This document shows, one piece after another, positions 34,760-36,527 of a DNA stretch of 36,527 bases. Both the position numbers and the translations under genes were made by a program. How positions within the stretch are numbered: the stretch's first letter is position 1; the number at the start of each line of letters is the position of its first letter. A model generated the notes under the pieces. The model was given only the letters and a program-made list of their open reading frames with translations. It had not been told where the DNA came from and did not search any database. The DNA lies in assembly GCA_003693705.1 (NCBI GenBank), contig RBZT01000216.1, positions 1-36,527 on the forward strand, written 5' to 3'. The stretch comes from Polymyxa betae A26-41. Lineage: Eukaryota; Protista; Endomyxa: Phytomyxea.

Positions 34760-35845
34760 CCTCAATATACTCTTCCCAAACTTTGTCTTCTGCTGTCGGG
34801 ATGTTCCTCAAGGCATCCCATCCCCACCCAGAATTGTCTTTCAATCGTTGGAAGAGAGTGTAGGAGCTACGCAGCTGGCATGTTTTGTTGCAAATGCTGT
34901 AAAGCTGCAATAAGAAAACAGCATGGAAGGATCGCAAATTTTAGAAGGCATTTGTTGAAGTTCCATCGTGAACATTTTGCTGTCAAGTCAAATCAAAGCG
35001 AGACTAGAAAATTTTGGAATAACGACGGGGGTGCAAAACGGAAACATCAAGGCACAGGAGTGACAGGACCTTTCACATCAGCAGACAAGGAATTTGCAGG
35101 CCAACGGCTGACAGCTTGGATTGTTCAGCATGGCCTGCCTTTCGCGGTCGTTGAGCAGGACAACTTTGCTGAATTTTGCAGCCATCATATCTTTTGCCAA
35201 CCCGTAAAACGGCTCGCAACCGGATCCTGAAACTTGGCGAGAGGAAAAGGCCAAAGTGAGAATTGTGTTGAGGAATGAGGTTGTGAAGCATCAGCGAAGA
35301 GTCGGTCTGACCACCGATATATATATATCTGCTTCCAAGAGAGGCTACATGATTATTTCCCTACTTTATATCGAAAATGAGTATTCTCGCTTTTATTCGT
35401 GTCATGTATCCTCATTCCGGAGAGCGTTTGGCTGAAAACATCATATCCAAGCAGTCGTTTTATGGACGGAACATTGCAGAAAAGCGTTTGGACAATTACT
35501 GGCGATAACGCCACTACAAACAGTGCTATGCTCACACATATTGGCAAGAAAGTTGCCAGATGCGATGTCTCAATACGAATAACACTCGATGGCAGAAGAC
35601 TCCTCAGCTCGGGATGAAAATTCTCCGCTTCATGATCGACATCAAACCGGTGGGCTATTGCGATGTATAATATAGATCATGTTTTACAGCTCGCTCATAA
35701 GGAGGGACTGAAGCACTGTCCTCCCATTGATGCTGCAATCGGGAGATTCAAAGAATTGGCCAAAATAATATCGGATGCTCCTAAGTTGCCTGAGGCCCTA
35801 TCAGCAGTATGTTCAAGCCTAAACATTAATTGGGAAGTTCCACAG
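34760..35845 (+). pseudogene. hAT transposase with BED finger, related to 27060-28310, interrupted by an LTR element
   Basis: FCCKCCK..ANFRRHLLKFH, WIVQHGLPFAVVEQ, GLTTD, ITGDNATTN, HVLQL and IDAAIGRF. Confidence 0.9.
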
Positions 35846-36527
35846 TGTTAGGATCGAGTAAAAAGTCCCTTTTATTGGTTAGATAAGCGGTGCGATGACT
35901 CGGGAGCAGAGGGTAGGACGCGGGGGACCGGTGTTCTGCAACGGAGCGACGTCAGGGAGTCCTCGGAGGCGGAGCGGCGGGGCACGGAGTGGAGCGGAGA
36001 GAGGGTCGGAGTGGAGCGGTGAGGGGATCGTAGTGGAGCGTAGGAAGGACGTACGGAGCGGTGCCGGTGAGACGGAGGCGGAGCGGAGACGAAGGTCGGA
36101 GGGGAGTCGGAGGTGAGTCGAGGCGAGAGAACGAAGCAATAGAGAGTCGGAGACGAGATGAGAAACGTATGAATTTTGGAGTTGATCGGAATGGTTGCGT
36201 GGAGGCCGCTCCTCGCCATTCATAGTAGGGAGACGAGGGGACCCGCGCAGTCCGTGACAGTTAGGGCTCTTCCCCTATAGGAATCGTCAGCAGGGGCGCA
36301 GCCCTCTGCGCAGCCCCTCAGGAAGGGCCAGTACGACTGCCTGGTGGTCGGCTGGGCGGCTGCGAGTACTGTCATGCTCAATGGGCATGACATCGCCCCC
36401 CTCTTAGGCCTGGAGCGATTAGTCAGAGCGGGTCCTGGCCGGTCAGGGTGTCGCCGATGGAAGGCATCGATCTCGTTCTGCAGTGCGGGAGTCGGGTCCA
36501 ATGATGCGGCGGGTTCCCAGGTTCGTT
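35846..36527 (-). mobile_element. Chromovirus (Ty3/gypsy) 3' end: chromodomain tail, PPT and 3' LTR (35846-36392)
   Basis: RTWEPAASL...EIDAFHRRHPDRPGP, polypurine tract AAGAGGGGGG just before TGTCATG, LTR ends ...CTAACA. Confidence 0.92.

Noticed and set aside
32647-36392. One LTR retrotransposon carrying Crypton and hAT cargo between two LTRs
   Set aside because: The left LTR has its own CCCGA TSD on both sides, and the right LTR has its PPT and chromodomain on the outer side.

Overview
Eukaryotic DNA made almost entirely of decayed, nested transposable elements, with no recognisable intact host gene. A microbial eukaryote is inferred from a 47-nt GT-AG intron, AAACCCTAA telomere-type motifs and oomycete/protist-like TE families; the species cannot be assigned. 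Motifs identify Ty3/gypsy (including a chromovirus), Ty1/copia, DIRS-like RT, two Crypton-type tyrosine-recombinase remnants, piggyBac, PIF/Harbinger, pogo, CACTA/EnSpm and hAT elements, plus MITEs, solo LTRs and a ~323-bp tandem array. Several insertions resolve to the base through their TIRs and TSDs. The main outlier is an AT-rich, gene-dense, apparently intronless island at ~13210-16690. It encodes small Cys/His-rich proteins, is bordered by degenerate telomere-like repeats, and looks like a fragment of an endogenous DNA virus or an unclassified mobile element, but no viral hallmark gene is visible. Other notable items are a pogo element carrying a second convergent ORF and a tRNA-like Pol III A/B-box cassette inside a putative LTR. 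All family calls come from motif recognition, not database searches.
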